Below, one piece after another: positions 1-9,745 of a stretch of DNA of 64,000 nt; position 1 is the first letter of the stretch, and the number at the start of each line of letters is the position of its first letter. The notes beneath the pieces were generated by a model that was not told the origin of the DNA, made no database searches, and saw only the letters and a list, made by a program, of their open reading frames with translations. The stretch lies in NCBI GenBank assembly GCA_964594835.1, contig CAZQNA010000002.1, forward strand, positions 96,001 through 160,000, read 5' to 3'. Position numbers and translations under genes: made by a program. Origin of the DNA: an uncultured Nitrososphaerota archaeon. Lineage in GTDB: Archaea; Korarchaeota; Korarchaeia; Korarchaeales; Korarchaeaceae.

Positions 1-487
1 CCAGGGCCCAGCACGCGGAGGTGAGGGCCGCAAGGCCCAGGGCCGAGAACCTGCTGGACGGGGCGCCCTCCGAGGAGAGGACCCATATCCCGATAACCGA
101 TGAGGCCGCCCCAGCGAGCGTGAGGGGGCCCACGGGCTCCCCAAACAGGAGCCCCCCGAGGAGCTGAGCCCACACGACGTAGGTGAAGGCTATCGGGACC
201 ACCCTGGAGGGACCCTCCCTGTCGAGCGCCTCGGTGTATGCCAGGAGGCCTATCCCCGGTCCGACGGCGGCGCTGGCCAGCGTGAAGGCCGCGGCCCGGG
301 GCCCCATGCCCAGGACGCCCCTCGAGGCGCAGATCGGGATCAGCGCCGCCGCCGCGCCGATGTTCCTCCAGGCGTTCACGTAGACCGAGTCCGTCCGCCG
401 CACCGCGAACTCTATCATCAGGGGGACCAGGCCCCAGATGGCCGCAGCGGCCAGGGCCTCCAGCATGTGCTGGATCAGCTCACTCAC
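1..487 (-). CDS. EamA/DMT family transporter (3' end outside window)
   Basis: Manual translation from GTG at 487 (GTGA overlap with the HAD stop): MSELIQHMLEALAAAAIWGLVP...AYTEALDREGPSRVVPIAFTYVVWAQLLGGLLFGEPVG, an EamA pattern. Confidence 0.75.
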   Translation of the reverse strand, partial: MSELIQHMLEALAAAAIWGLVPLMIEFAVRRTDSVYVNAWRNIGAAAALIPICASRGVLGMGPRAAAFTLASAAVGPGIGLLAYTEALDREGPSRVVPIAFTYVVWAQLLGGLLFGEPVGPLTLAGAASSVIGIWVLSSEGAPSSRFSALGLAALTSACWAL

Positions 488-1104
488 CCCCCTCGGCCCA
501 GCAGCTGGGGCACCTCCCTGAGGTCGCCCACGACCGCCCCCCTGAACCCCAGCCGGCGGGCCCTCTCTAGGCACTCCGCCCTGCCCAGCCTGCAGACCCA
601 GACCTCCCTGAGGCCCATGCCCACGGACTGGACCTCGACGAGCTGGTCCAGGTGGTCGTCCACCAGGGCCAGTCGGCTCCCGCCCCCGAGCCGCCTCGCA
701 AGGACCCTGACCTGGGAAGCCCTGTCCGGCCCGTCCTCCCTGGTGACGAGGTCCCTGAACAGCCTCCTGATGCCGTGGAACTCCAGGGCCGCCTCAGCGG
801 CCCTCCTGGACTGCAGGGTCGTCAGGTACAGGTCGAAGGAGGTCGAGAGCCTCTCCAGCACGGGCCTGACCTCGGGGAAGAGCCTTGAATCCGGCACCGC
901 GGCCAGCTCACCCCTCTCAACGATGGAGCTCACCACCCAGTACTCCTCCGTCCCCCACAGCTCCCTGAGGAGGTCCCTGAACCTCACCACGGGCCTGGAG
1001 ATGGCCTCAGAGACCTCCGCCTTGAGTCGATCCCACTCGACCGGAAGCGTCAGCAGCGTCCCGTCCATGTCGAAGGCGACGGCCCCGCCCATCTCCGAGC
1101 TCAC
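484..1104 (-). CDS. HAD superfamily hydrolase
   Basis: Motif I FDMDGTL and later VDD acidic motif. Confidence 0.85.
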   Translation of the reverse strand: MSSEMGGAVAFDMDGTLLTLPVEWDRLKAEVSEAISRPVVRFRDLLRELWGTEEYWVVSSIVERGELAAVPDSRLFPEVRPVLERLSTSFDLYLTTLQSRRAAEAALEFHGIRRLFRDLVTREDGPDRASQVRVLARRLGGGSRLALVDDHLDQLVEVQSVGMGLREVWVCRLGRAECLERARRLGFRGAVVGDLREVPQLLGRGG

Positions 1105-1347
1105 CGGGGAGCCTGGCTATAACCTCGCCGCGCCGGAGACCGGCCGACGATGTTGGCGGCGCGTGGCGGACCCCCTGGACCCTCGCCCGATGGTCAATCG
1201 CCCCGCCGATCGACTGGCCCTCCACGCCGGGTCGGCCAGGGCCTAGTAGTCCCCACAGACGGTCGGAACTCCTCCTCGGACCGCTCGCGCGACCTCTCGC
1301 CCCGGGGGAAACCCATTAAACCTGCCCGCGACCCTCACCCGGAGCGA

Positions 1348-2700
1348 ATGTCCACCCGCGCCGAGAGGGCGGCGGCCGCCTCGATAGCGGTCTCTGTGGC
1401 CACGGTGGCCGTTAAGGTGTTCGTCCAGCTGATCACGGGCAGCGTGGTGGTGGCAGCCGAGGTGGTCGACTCCCTGGGGGACGTGGTGACGTCCTCGGTG
1501 AGCCTCCTGGCGGTGAGGCTCTCCAGGCGGCCCCCAGACGCCGATCACCCCTACGGGCACGCCAAGTACGACAGCCTCCTGGGGCTGATGGCGTCTGCCC
1601 TCCTCTTTGAGGCGGAGGCCTACGTCCTACTCAGGAGCGCAAGCTCCCTCCTATCGGGTTACTCGCCGCCCAGGGCCCCGCCCCTCGCGCTGTGGGCGCT
1701 TCTCGGGACCAGCGTGGTCAACGTCTTCAGGTCGGCGGCCCTGTGGGCCGTCGGTAGGGGGAGCAGGAGCAGGGTCCTCCAGTCGGAGGCCCTGAACTAC
1801 GGGTGGGACGCTGGCAGGACGGTGGTGGTGGCAGGGGTCCTGCTGCTGTCGAGCAGATCCCTCCCCTGGCTCGACCCGGCCTCGGCCATCGCGGTATCGC
1901 TTGCCGTGATGCCCTCCACGCTGAGGGTAGCCTACTGGTCCGCGGCCGACCTGCTGGACAGGGTCGACCCGAGCCTCGTCGAGGCCATCCGCCGGGCGCT
2001 GTCCTCGACTGAGGGGGTGAGGTGGGTGGAGAGGGTCAGGGCCAGGAGGGCGGGTCGGGTGGTGATGGTCGACGCCGTGTTCGGAGTGGACCCGGAGCTG
2101 ACAACTGAGCAGGCGTCTCTCGTGGCGGCCGAGGCCCAGAGGTCCGTTGAGGGAGTCGTCGGGGGTCCGTGCGACGTGACCCTCGCCGTCAGGCCGGCCG
2201 GGGAGGGCCTCGCGGCTAGGGCGGCCAGGATCGCGGAGGCGGAGGAGGGCGTCGTGGGGGTCCACTCCGTCGAGCTCTACGGCCCCGGGAGGGACAGGCT
2301 CACCCTCCACCTGGTGATAGACGGGAGCCTGAGGCTGGGGGATGCAGACAGGATAGCCAGGAGGGTGGAGAGGAGGATCGCGAGCGAGCTCTCCCTGAGG
2401 CAGGTCGTGGCGCACATAGACCACTCCGTCCGGAGGTCGAGGCCCCACCTGGACCTGGAGGCTATCAGGCGGGCCGCCGAGTCCGTTCCATCGGTCAGGT
2501 GGGCGGAGGTGGGGGAGGTGAGGTGCTCCGACGGCAGGTTCAGGCTGGAGGTCACGGTCGGCGCCGACCCCTCCATGAGCTTGGCCGAGGCGAACAGGCT
2601 GGCCCACGAGGTGCAGGCCGCCCTGGCCGAGGTGGCCCCGGACGCCGTGGCGGTGGTCAGGGTGACCGCGGCCGGCCGGAGGGCCGGGCGAACCGCCTGA
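1348..2700 (+). CDS. Cation diffusion facilitator with three C-terminal dimerisation/metal-binding domains
   Basis: DSLGD, PPDADHPYGHAK, 6 TM segments, then three similar soluble modules; ATG at 1348 preferred over the longer ORF start. Confidence 0.85.
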   Translation: MSTRAERAAAASIAVSVATVAVKVFVQLITGSVVVAAEVVDSLGDVVTSSVSLLAVRLSRRPPDADHPYGHAKYDSLLGLMASALLFEAEAYVLLRSASSLLSGYSPPRAPPLALWALLGTSVVNVFRSAALWAVGRGSRSRVLQSEALNYGWDAGRTVVVAGVLLLSSRSLPWLDPASAIAVSLAVMPSTLRVAYWSAADLLDRVDPSLVEAIRRALSSTEGVRWVERVRARRAGRVVMVDAVFGVDPELTTEQASLVAAEAQRSVEGVVGGPCDVTLAVRPAGEGLAARAARIAEAEEGVVGVHSVELYGPGRDRLTLHLVIDGSLRLGDADRIARRVERRIASELSLRQVVAHIDHSVRRSRPHLDLEAIRRAAESVPSVRWAEVGEVRCSDGRFRLEVTVGADPSMSLAEANRLAHEVQAALAEVAPDAVAVVRVTAAGRRAGRTA

Positions 2701-2729
2701 GTATTTAGCAACCCTCCGGCGGCCGACCC

Positions 2730-4685
2730 GTGCGGTCTGGGTCCAGGCTTGAGGGCCGCGTCATCGGTTCCGAGATCCCGCGCTTCAGGAGCCGTTGGTT
2801 CGGGGTCCTGGACGTTGAGGTCGGAGGCCGGAGGGTCTCTCTCCTGATGTCCGGGACGGTCGCTCAGTGGTTCGAGACTGGGGAGACGATCCTCCTGGAG
2901 ACGCCCAGGGGCGGGCTTAGGGACGGCGAGAGGCTCGGTTTCGACGAGTACGCCCTCAGGAGGGTCACCGGGGAGGGACCTGTGCAGGTGTGGCCGGTCT
3001 TCTCCAGGGACTACGAGTCCCAGAGGCTGAGCCCGGTCACGGGTGAGCCGATCTACACCTACAGGATAAGGGCGAGGGAGGCCACGTACGAGAGGGACTT
3101 TGAGGCCGTCGCCGAGCTGGAGCAGTACCACTACGCCTCCGAGAAGGAGCTCGTCGCGCTGTGGAGGTGCGACGCCTGCGGCGAGATACTGGAGGCCAAC
3201 ACGAGGCCGACGTGCCCGAGGTGCGGGACGGACGAGAGGGTCCACATCCTAGAGATAAAGGGATCGACGCCCGCCTCCAGGTTCCTAGTCCTCGAGCTCG
3301 TTGAGAGGGAGGAGTACGAGCCCCGCTACGTGGCCTACGTGAGGATCGACCCTCCCGTCCCTAGGATGCACCGCAGGCTGCCGGACGGCTCGATCGTGAG
3401 GGACGTGAGGGAGAGGGTGTTCCCTGAGGGCTGGTTCCGCCCGGTGTACAACCCGGAGGAGCTCCTGAGGGAGAGGCTGGCCGAGCTGAGGGGGAGGTAC
3501 GGCAGGGAGGTGGGGCTGAGGAGGCTGTGGGAGGAGGTCAAGTGGGAGGCGCTCAGGCGGACGGATGCCGCAGCGTCGAGGGTGGCGAGGGTCGTCGTGC
3601 ACCCGGACTACAGGTCCGACGGTCTCGGCCAGCTCTCGGTGAGGGCGGCCCTGGAGTGGGTTCGCGAGCGCAGGATCCCCGAGATGAGGAGGGAGAAGCA
3701 CCTGGTCGAGACCATCGCCCAGATGGCCAGGTACAATCCCTTCTTCGAGAAGGTGGGATTCAGGTACGTCTGGGACACCGCCTCCGGCAGGCCGGTCCTC
3801 TACTACCCGCTGACCGACGAGGGGAGGGAGGCGCTGGAGAGGTTCCTGCGGACTGACCCAGTGGCGAGGGAGCACGGAGGCAGGCTCTGCGTCCCGACGT
3901 ACGGGAGGGTCGAGGCGCTTGAGGGCCCGATATGGCTGGAAAACGTGTCCATGGTGTTCGAGAGCGAGCTGAACGTAGAGGGCCTCCCCGAGAGGATCAG
4001 GGAGCTGCTGGAGGCCTTCGGCGTGAAGAGCCGAGTCATACAGAGGCAGGTCCTGAGGGGGGTGAACCTGCAGATATCCCCGGGGGAGGTAATAGCGATA
4101 GTGGGCGCCTCGGGGGCCGGAAAGACCACGCTTCTCAGGCTGGTATGGGGTGCGTGCGAGGGGCTGCGTGGCAGGAAGTTCGAGCCCACCTCTGGGAGGG
4201 TCGTGGCCCCGGCGAACGCCAGGGTTTCCGTCCTGATCCCCGGGGAGAGGGAGCCGGAGTTCGGAGACGAGTCTATACTGGAGCACGTGTACGCGAAGCT
4301 TGGAGACGAGAGGACGGCGGTGGAGGTGCTGAACAGGTGCGGCCTCTCAGACGCGGTCCTATACAGGGCCAGGTACCGCGAGCTCTCCACGGGCCAGAGG
4401 GAGAGGGCGAGGCTGGCGAGCGTGCTGGCCGAGAGACCCAACGTGCTGCTGGTGGACGAGTTCGCCGCCCACCTGGACGCCCTGACGGCGATGAGGATCG
4501 CGAGAGCCCTCAGCAAGCTGGCCAGGGAGGCGGGGATGACGGCCCTCGTGGTCACCCATAGGTGGGAGGTGATAAGGGCCATGGATCCAGACAGGGTCCT
4601 GTTCGTCGGGTACGGGACGGCTTCTGAGTCTAGGGAGTGGGCCGGTCGGCGAGCCGCCTTCGATCGATTCGGGCGAAGGGCCTAG
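2730..4685 (+). CDS. GNAT acetyltransferase fused to ABC-type ATPase, with Zn ribbon (COG2401-like)
   Basis: CDAC..CPRC; RVVVHPDYRSDGLG; Walker A GASGAGKTT; LSTGQ; LLVDEF; VTH. Confidence 0.85.
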   Translation: MRSGSRLEGRVIGSEIPRFRSRWFGVLDVEVGGRRVSLLMSGTVAQWFETGETILLETPRGGLRDGERLGFDEYALRRVTGEGPVQVWPVFSRDYESQRLSPVTGEPIYTYRIRAREATYERDFEAVAELEQYHYASEKELVALWRCDACGEILEANTRPTCPRCGTDERVHILEIKGSTPASRFLVLELVEREEYEPRYVAYVRIDPPVPRMHRRLPDGSIVRDVRERVFPEGWFRPVYNPEELLRERLAELRGRYGREVGLRRLWEEVKWEALRRTDAAASRVARVVVHPDYRSDGLGQLSVRAALEWVRERRIPEMRREKHLVETIAQMARYNPFFEKVGFRYVWDTASGRPVLYYPLTDEGREALERFLRTDPVAREHGGRLCVPTYGRVEALEGPIWLENVSMVFESELNVEGLPERIRELLEAFGVKSRVIQRQVLRGVNLQISPGEVIAIVGASGAGKTTLLRLVWGACEGLRGRKFEPTSGRVVAPANARVSVLIPGEREPEFGDESILEHVYAKLGDERTAVEVLNRCGLSDAVLYRARYRELSTGQRERARLASVLAERPNVLLVDEFAAHLDALTAMRIARALSKLAREAGMTALVVTHRWEVIRAMDPDRVLFVGYGTASESREWAGRRAAFDRFGRRA

Positions 4686-4776
4686 TTGAGTATAACTCTC
4701 TCTACAAGATTCCCGAGATTCGCTCGCATCATTAAGGTTAAATTCGCGTAGATTTCAAAGATAGATCGGTGTTGAT

Positions 4777-7161
4777 TTGAGGAAGGCTGCAGGACTCATC
4801 CTCCTTGGCCAGATCCTCTCCGTGGGATTGCTGATGCTCTCAGGCCCAGCCCCGGCCTCGGCGGCGCCTGTCGAGATATACGACAGGACCTGCACGGCCG
4901 TGGGAGGTTGGGACTACATCATAAACCACATGCCGATAGGAGAGGCCTTCGTGCCCAGGCTCGGGACACTCACAACGGTCGAGGTCTACGTGGAGAACAA
5001 GTACGGGAGCCCGTCCCCACTCACCCTGAAGATCAGGGAGGGGTCCATCACGGGACCCGTCCTGGCCTCTAAGGGCGTCGTGATAGGGCCCGGCGCGAAG
5101 GGCTGGGTGGCCTTCCACTTCAGCCCCGCCCTCGAGGTCGACCCCGGAAGCACCTACGTGATCGAGCTGGTGACCAGCCGCCCGATCGTCTGGTACACTA
5201 CCCCAGCGAGCTGCCCAGACGGTCAGCAGAGGATCACGGACGGCCACCCGTGGGTGAACGCATACATGTTCAAGACCAAGGGCTACAAGCCAGACTTCCA
5301 GGTGGGTCTGAACGCGACCGAGATCACCCTGAGGCAGGGGGAGGCGGTCCACGTTGAGGTGACCCTTACCCCCCTCTACAGGGCGGAGGGGGATGTCCCC
5401 CTCGCGGTGTCCCCGGACCTCTCGGAGCACGGGTTGACCATGGAGTTCAGCGACGATGAGCCGTTCATGGACCCCGAGGATGGGGCTAGTGTGGTGCTCA
5501 CCATCACGGCCTCCGAGGACGCCGACGTGGACGACTACGACGTGAGCGTCGCGGGCACCCTCTCGGGCTTCTGGGGCTTCGTGTCCGAGCAGGCGGACCT
5601 CACCGTCCACGTGGAGGAGGCTCCGAGGGACTTCGAGGTCCAGATCTCTCCCTCGGGCAGGACAGTCGAGGCCGGCTCGTCCACCACCTTCACCGTAGAG
5701 GTCACGCCCATCGGCAACTTCGACCAGACGGTCCACCTGAGCGTGACGGGCCTGCCGGAGGGGGCGACATACGAGTTCAGCAGGACGAGCGGCGTGCCCC
5801 CGTTCTCCTCGACCCTCACCGTGAGCACGCAGACCTCCACCCCAGAGGGGACCTACCTCCTGACGGTAACCGGGTCGGGAGGGGGCAAGGCCCACACAGC
5901 GACGACTCACCTGACGGTCGAGGTGACGGTGGAGCCGGACTTCTCCATCTCGGTCTCCCCCTCCTCTAGGACCGTGACGGCCGGTGAGGTGGCGGAGTAC
6001 TCTATCCAGATAACGCCCACGGCAGGGTTCTCGGCTCCGATCACCGTCTCCCTGGAGGGCCTCCCGCCGGACGCCACGTTCGAGGTGACTCAGACCGGGG
6101 CCTACGCGGCGACCCTCAGGGTTCAGACCGGCGAGACCTCGGGGAGCTTCGTGCTGACCATCACGGCCTCGGGAGGCGGGAAGACCCACTCTGCCACGGT
6201 GAACCTCGTGGTGAACCCGGGGGCTCCGACGACCACTCCCCCGCCGACCACCACGGCCCCGCCGACGACCCCGCCCGCCGGGCGGTTCGACTTCTCCATC
6301 TCGATATCCCCGGCCAGGGTCACGGTCTCACCTGGGGACACCGTCACGTTCTCAGTGACCGTTCAGGCGATCTCTGGGACGCCACAACCCGTCACCCTGA
6401 CCGTGACCGGCCTGCCGTCCGACGCCTCCTACCACATCTCGCCAGACGCGGTCACCCCCACCGGCGGAGCCACCCTGGAGGTCATGACGGGCTCCACCAC
6501 CGGGAGCTTCACGCTGGTGGTGACCGGGTCGGCCGCGGGGGTGACGAGGTCGGCCACGGCCACGCTCTTGATTCAGGAGCAGCCCGTCCCCAGCAGGTGC
6601 GTGATCGCCACGGCGGCCTACGGGTCAGAGATGGCCCCCCAGGTGCAGATGCTGAGGGAGTTCAGGGATCGGGTGATTCTCGAGACCTTCTCGGGGGCAT
6701 CTTTCATGAGGGCCTTCAACGCCTTCTACTACTCCTGGAGCCCGCCCGTGGCGGAGTTCATCAGGGACAGGCCGAACGCGAGGCTGGCCGTCAGGGCCTC
6801 CCTGGCCCCGATGCTGTGGTCGCTGTCCATCTCCAAGGGAGTCGTCGAGGTCATGGGAGGACCCTCCGAGCTCAGCGTCGCCCTGGCGGGGATCCTGGCC
6901 TCCGCCCTGATAGGCGCGCTCTACCTCACCCTCCCGGTCTACGCGGCGCTCAGGGCGGCCGGCGTGAGGGTCAGGAGGGGCTGGGTTGAGTTCCTGGGGA
7001 CCGCGTGGGGAGCCAGCGCCGCGGCCCTGGCCGTTGGGACCGCACTGAGGGTGTCGGCAGTCACGATACCCGCCTCTGCGTCGCTGGTCCTGCTCACGAT
7101 CTCCGCCTCCCCGACGCTGATCGCCGCGGCCCTGCAGAGGCTCTCCTCTCCTCGGGGTTAG
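4777..7161 (+). CDS. Cell-surface protein: signal peptide, four Ig-like repeats, Pro/Thr linker, CFI-box-CTERM-like anchor
   Basis: Repeats starting DFQVGLN/DFEVQISPS/DFSISVSPS/DFSISISPA; CVIATAAYGSEMAPQVQMLREFRD followed by TM helices. Confidence 0.8.
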   Translation: MRKAAGLILLGQILSVGLLMLSGPAPASAAPVEIYDRTCTAVGGWDYIINHMPIGEAFVPRLGTLTTVEVYVENKYGSPSPLTLKIREGSITGPVLASKGVVIGPGAKGWVAFHFSPALEVDPGSTYVIELVTSRPIVWYTTPASCPDGQQRITDGHPWVNAYMFKTKGYKPDFQVGLNATEITLRQGEAVHVEVTLTPLYRAEGDVPLAVSPDLSEHGLTMEFSDDEPFMDPEDGASVVLTITASEDADVDDYDVSVAGTLSGFWGFVSEQADLTVHVEEAPRDFEVQISPSGRTVEAGSSTTFTVEVTPIGNFDQTVHLSVTGLPEGATYEFSRTSGVPPFSSTLTVSTQTSTPEGTYLLTVTGSGGGKAHTATTHLTVEVTVEPDFSISVSPSSRTVTAGEVAEYSIQITPTAGFSAPITVSLEGLPPDATFEVTQTGAYAATLRVQTGETSGSFVLTITASGGGKTHSATVNLVVNPGAPTTTPPPTTTAPPTTPPAGRFDFSISISPARVTVSPGDTVTFSVTVQAISGTPQPVTLTVTGLPSDASYHISPDAVTPTGGATLEVMTGSTTGSFTLVVTGSAAGVTRSATATLLIQEQPVPSRCVIATAAYGSEMAPQVQMLREFRDRVILETFSGASFMRAFNAFYYSWSPPVAEFIRDRPNARLAVRASLAPMLWSLSISKGVVEVMGGPSELSVALAGILASALIGALYLTLPVYAALRAAGVRVRRGWVEFLGTAWGASAAALAVGTALRVSAVTIPASASLVLLTISASPTLIAAALQRLSSPRG

Positions 7162-7522
7162 TCGGGGCGGGCCGCCGCCCCGCGCCCCCGGGAAGGGAGG
7201 GGCCGACTTGGCCGGCGCGCCCACAAAGGGCCCTCTGTCCGACCGGCGGGGTTGAGCCTCGCCGGCGGAAAGCGCTCACTCCTGACCCGCAACCCTATGC
7301 CGGTGGTCAGCGGTCGCCTACGTGGGGATGCGCGTGAGACCCTGGGATCACGGGCGCGGGGTCAGGTGGATGTGGGACGGCTTTGCCCAGGCCGGGCACC
7401 AGGTGGACCTGGAGACAGCCCACCAGCTGGCCGACCACGCCACGAGGCACCCGCTCAGGCACGACGTTCTGCTCAGGTAGCTCCCCGACCCACTCTCTTT
7501 CTACGCTAGCCAGCCCCCGGCG

Positions 7523-7870
7523 TCACTCCTGCGGGACCCTCTTCCGGGCCTCCCTCAGGGCCTCCTCGACGGTGACGCCGGAGAGTTCGAGGGTGCCTAT
7601 CCCCAGCTCCTCGAGGGCCGTCAGGGCGTTCGGCCCGAAGGCTCCTGCCACCGCGAGCTTGACGCCCTCCTCCAGCAGCCCCTGGACCGCCTTGATCCCG
7701 GCGCCGCTCCTGGCCGAGGCGCCGGGGTTCTCCACGACCCTGACCTCAGCCACCTCCCCGTCGTCCAGCTCGACTATGGCCAGATAGGGCGCCCTCCCGA
7801 ACCTCGAGCTCACCCTCGAACCGAGGCCGGAGTCGTCCTCCACGGCAAGACCGATCTTAACTCTCGTCAC
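7523..7870 (-). CDS. NifB/NifX family (MTH1175-like) metallocluster-binding protein
   Basis: VSSRFGRAPY, ENPGASARSGAGIKAVQ, GAFGPNA. Confidence 0.85.
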   Translation of the reverse strand: MTRVKIGLAVEDDSGLGSRVSSRFGRAPYLAIVELDDGEVAEVRVVENPGASARSGAGIKAVQGLLEEGVKLAVAGAFGPNALTALEELGIGTLELSGVTVEEALREARKRVPQE

Positions 7871-7892
7871 CCTCCTTCACCTCCCGCCCAGC

Positions 7893-8876
7893 CTAGTTGG
7901 CACCCTCGAGCCCCTCAGGCCTTATTATGATTGGCCGGTAGGGCTCGGGCTCCCTGGGCCTGAACCTGGTGAACCAGGACCTCCAGTCCTCGACTATCTC
8001 CAGGACCCTCTCGGCCACGGTCGTGAGGGCCCTGGAGGCGGGGCTGTCCGGGAACGCCTCGACGACAGGCTTCATGAGGGCCATGCTCCTCGGGATGGCG
8101 TCGTCGTACGGTATCCTCCCCAGGAGGTCGATGTTCCTCTCCCTGGCGAACGCCTCCATCTCCTCCGTCATCTCGGGGTTCACGTCGTGCTTGTTGATCA
8201 CCAGCGCCGCGGGCTGCATGAAGTGCCTCGTGAGCTTGAAGACCCTCCTCAGGGCGGCGAAGCTCGCCGGGGTCGGCTCGGCCACCAGTATCGCCGCGTT
8301 GGCCCCCGCCAGGCTGGAGACCACCTGGCACCCTATCCCCGCCGCGGAGTCCACCACTATCAGGGAGTCCTGGGACGCGATCTCCTTGGCCACGGACTTC
8401 TCCTCGGTGACGAGCTTGCCAGAGTTCGGTCTCCCGGGGTTGAGCCTCGCTGAGATGAGCGGGAAGCCGTACCCCGTTGTCGTCCTCCTGAGCCTCCCCG
8501 ACTCGGCGGAGAGCAGCCTTATAGCCCCCCTCTCCGGGCACACGAGGGAGCAGGTCATGCAGCCCTCGCATATGACCTGGTTGACCACGAACCTCCCCGC
8601 CTCGTCCACGTGGATGGCCCCGTAGGGGCAGACCTCCTCGCACCTGCCGCACCTCGTGCAGATCGACTGCACTATCTCTGCCACCTTGCTCTCCACGTAG
8701 GGCCTCTCCCACTCCCACTCCCTGACCCCCAGTATCAGGTGGAGGTTCGGCGCGTCCGCGTCGGCGTCGACGGCCACCACCCCCTTGCCGGCCCTCGCCG
8801 CGGTCAGGGCTATGGTGGCTGACACCGTGGACTTCCCCACGCCCCCCTTTCCGCTGGCTATCGCTATCTCTATCAC
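7893..8876 (-). CDS. MinD-superfamily P-loop ATPase with inserted 2x[4Fe-4S] ferredoxin domain (COG1149)
   Basis: SGKGGVGKST, DADAPNL, CTRCGRCEEVCP and CEGCMTCSLVCP, SGKLV. Confidence 0.9.
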   Translation of the reverse strand: MIEIAIASGKGGVGKSTVSATIALTAARAGKGVVAVDADADAPNLHLILGVREWEWERPYVESKVAEIVQSICTRCGRCEEVCPYGAIHVDEAGRFVVNQVICEGCMTCSLVCPERGAIRLLSAESGRLRRTTTGYGFPLISARLNPGRPNSGKLVTEEKSVAKEIASQDSLIVVDSAAGIGCQVVSSLAGANAAILVAEPTPASFAALRRVFKLTRHFMQPAALVINKHDVNPEMTEEMEAFARERNIDLLGRIPYDDAIPRSMALMKPVVEAFPDSPASRALTTVAERVLEIVEDWRSWFTRFRPREPEPYRPIIIRPEGLEGAN

Positions 8877-9745
8877 CGGATCACCCCCATCACCATCTCG
8901 GCCAGCCGACGGAACTCCTCTGCCTCCGGGGAGTTCGGGCTGTGGAGGACTATCGGGACTCCCCTGATGTATGACTCAAGCACCCTCCTGGAGTAGGGCA
9001 CCCTGGCGACTATCTCGGCCCCCCTCTCCCTGACCAGCCTGACGTGCTCCTCCTCGGGGCCTATGCCGGCCCTGTTGATGACCACCCAGGCCTCTATCCC
9101 CAGCGTCTGGGCCAGCTCCAGGATGAGGTCCAGGTCGTGCAGCCCCAGCGGGGTGGGCTCGGTCACGGCTATCAGGAGCCTCGACCCGTCGACGGCCGTC
9201 GCCACCGAGTTGCTCGTCCCCGCGGAGGTGTCGACCAGGTGGAGGTCGGCCTCGATGGACAGGGCCCTCCTCCTGGCCGCCAGCACCACCGGGGGCGTGT
9301 GCTCCTCCCCCTCCCTCAGGGACCCCGACACCAGCGTGGCCTCAGCCCCGTCGAGCTCGAGGTCCGTCCTGTAGGTGTATCCTATGGTCCTCCTCCCCTC
9401 GAGGATGGCCTTGACGGGGCAGGCGAAGTAGCAGGACCTGCACCCGCTGCAGAGCCTGGGTATGACGTAGGGGAGACCCTCGGGGGAGATCAGCATGGCC
9501 CCGGTGTCGCAGACCCTCCCGCAGACCCCGCACTTGATGCACCTCCCGTAGTCCACGAACGGCAGCATCACGTTCACGGGCTCCTCCTCCCTGAGCTCCG
9601 CGCCCAGGAGGACGTGGTCGTTGGGATTCTCGACGTCCAAGTCGGCCAGGACCAGCCTCAGCTCCCTCGCGAGGATGGCCGCCAGGTTGACGGCCACCGT
9701 GGACTTCCCGGTCCCCCCCTTGCCCCCAGAGACCGACACGATCAA
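8873..9745 (-). CDS. Second COG1149 P-loop ATPase with ferredoxin domain
   Basis: TTG at 9745 overlapping the upstream stop; GGKGGTGKST, DLDVENPN, CIKCGVCGRVC, CSGCRSCYFACP, TEPTPLGLHDL. Confidence 0.9.
   Translation of the reverse strand: MIVSVSGGKGGTGKSTVAVNLAAILARELRLVLADLDVENPNDHVLLGAELREEEPVNVMLPFVDYGRCIKCGVCGRVCDTGAMLISPEGLPYVIPRLCSGCRSCYFACPVKAILEGRRTIGYTYRTDLELDGAEATLVSGSLREGEEHTPPVVLAARRRALSIEADLHLVDTSAGTSNSVATAVDGSRLLIAVTEPTPLGLHDLDLILELAQTLGIEAWVVINRAGIGPEEEHVRLVRERGAEIVARVPYSRRVLESYIRGVPIVLHSPNSPEAEEFRRLAEMVMGVIR

Noticed and set aside
1110-1295. Minus-strand stretch GAGGAGTTCCGAC...AACATCGTCGGC resembling RNase P RNA CR-I/CR-V
   Set aside because: P4 pairing is only 5 bp, conserved nucleotides deviate and there is no room for P3; an Rfam search would be needed to support it.
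7165-7275. GC hairpins with CCCGGGAAGGGAG, similar to SRP RNA helix 8
   Set aside because: Lacks the CAGG/AGCA symmetric loop and the rest of the SRP structure.
7523-7870. Nitrogen fixation inferred from NifB/NifX-like genes
   Set aside because: No nifHDK in the window; the family is widespread in non-diazotrophs.
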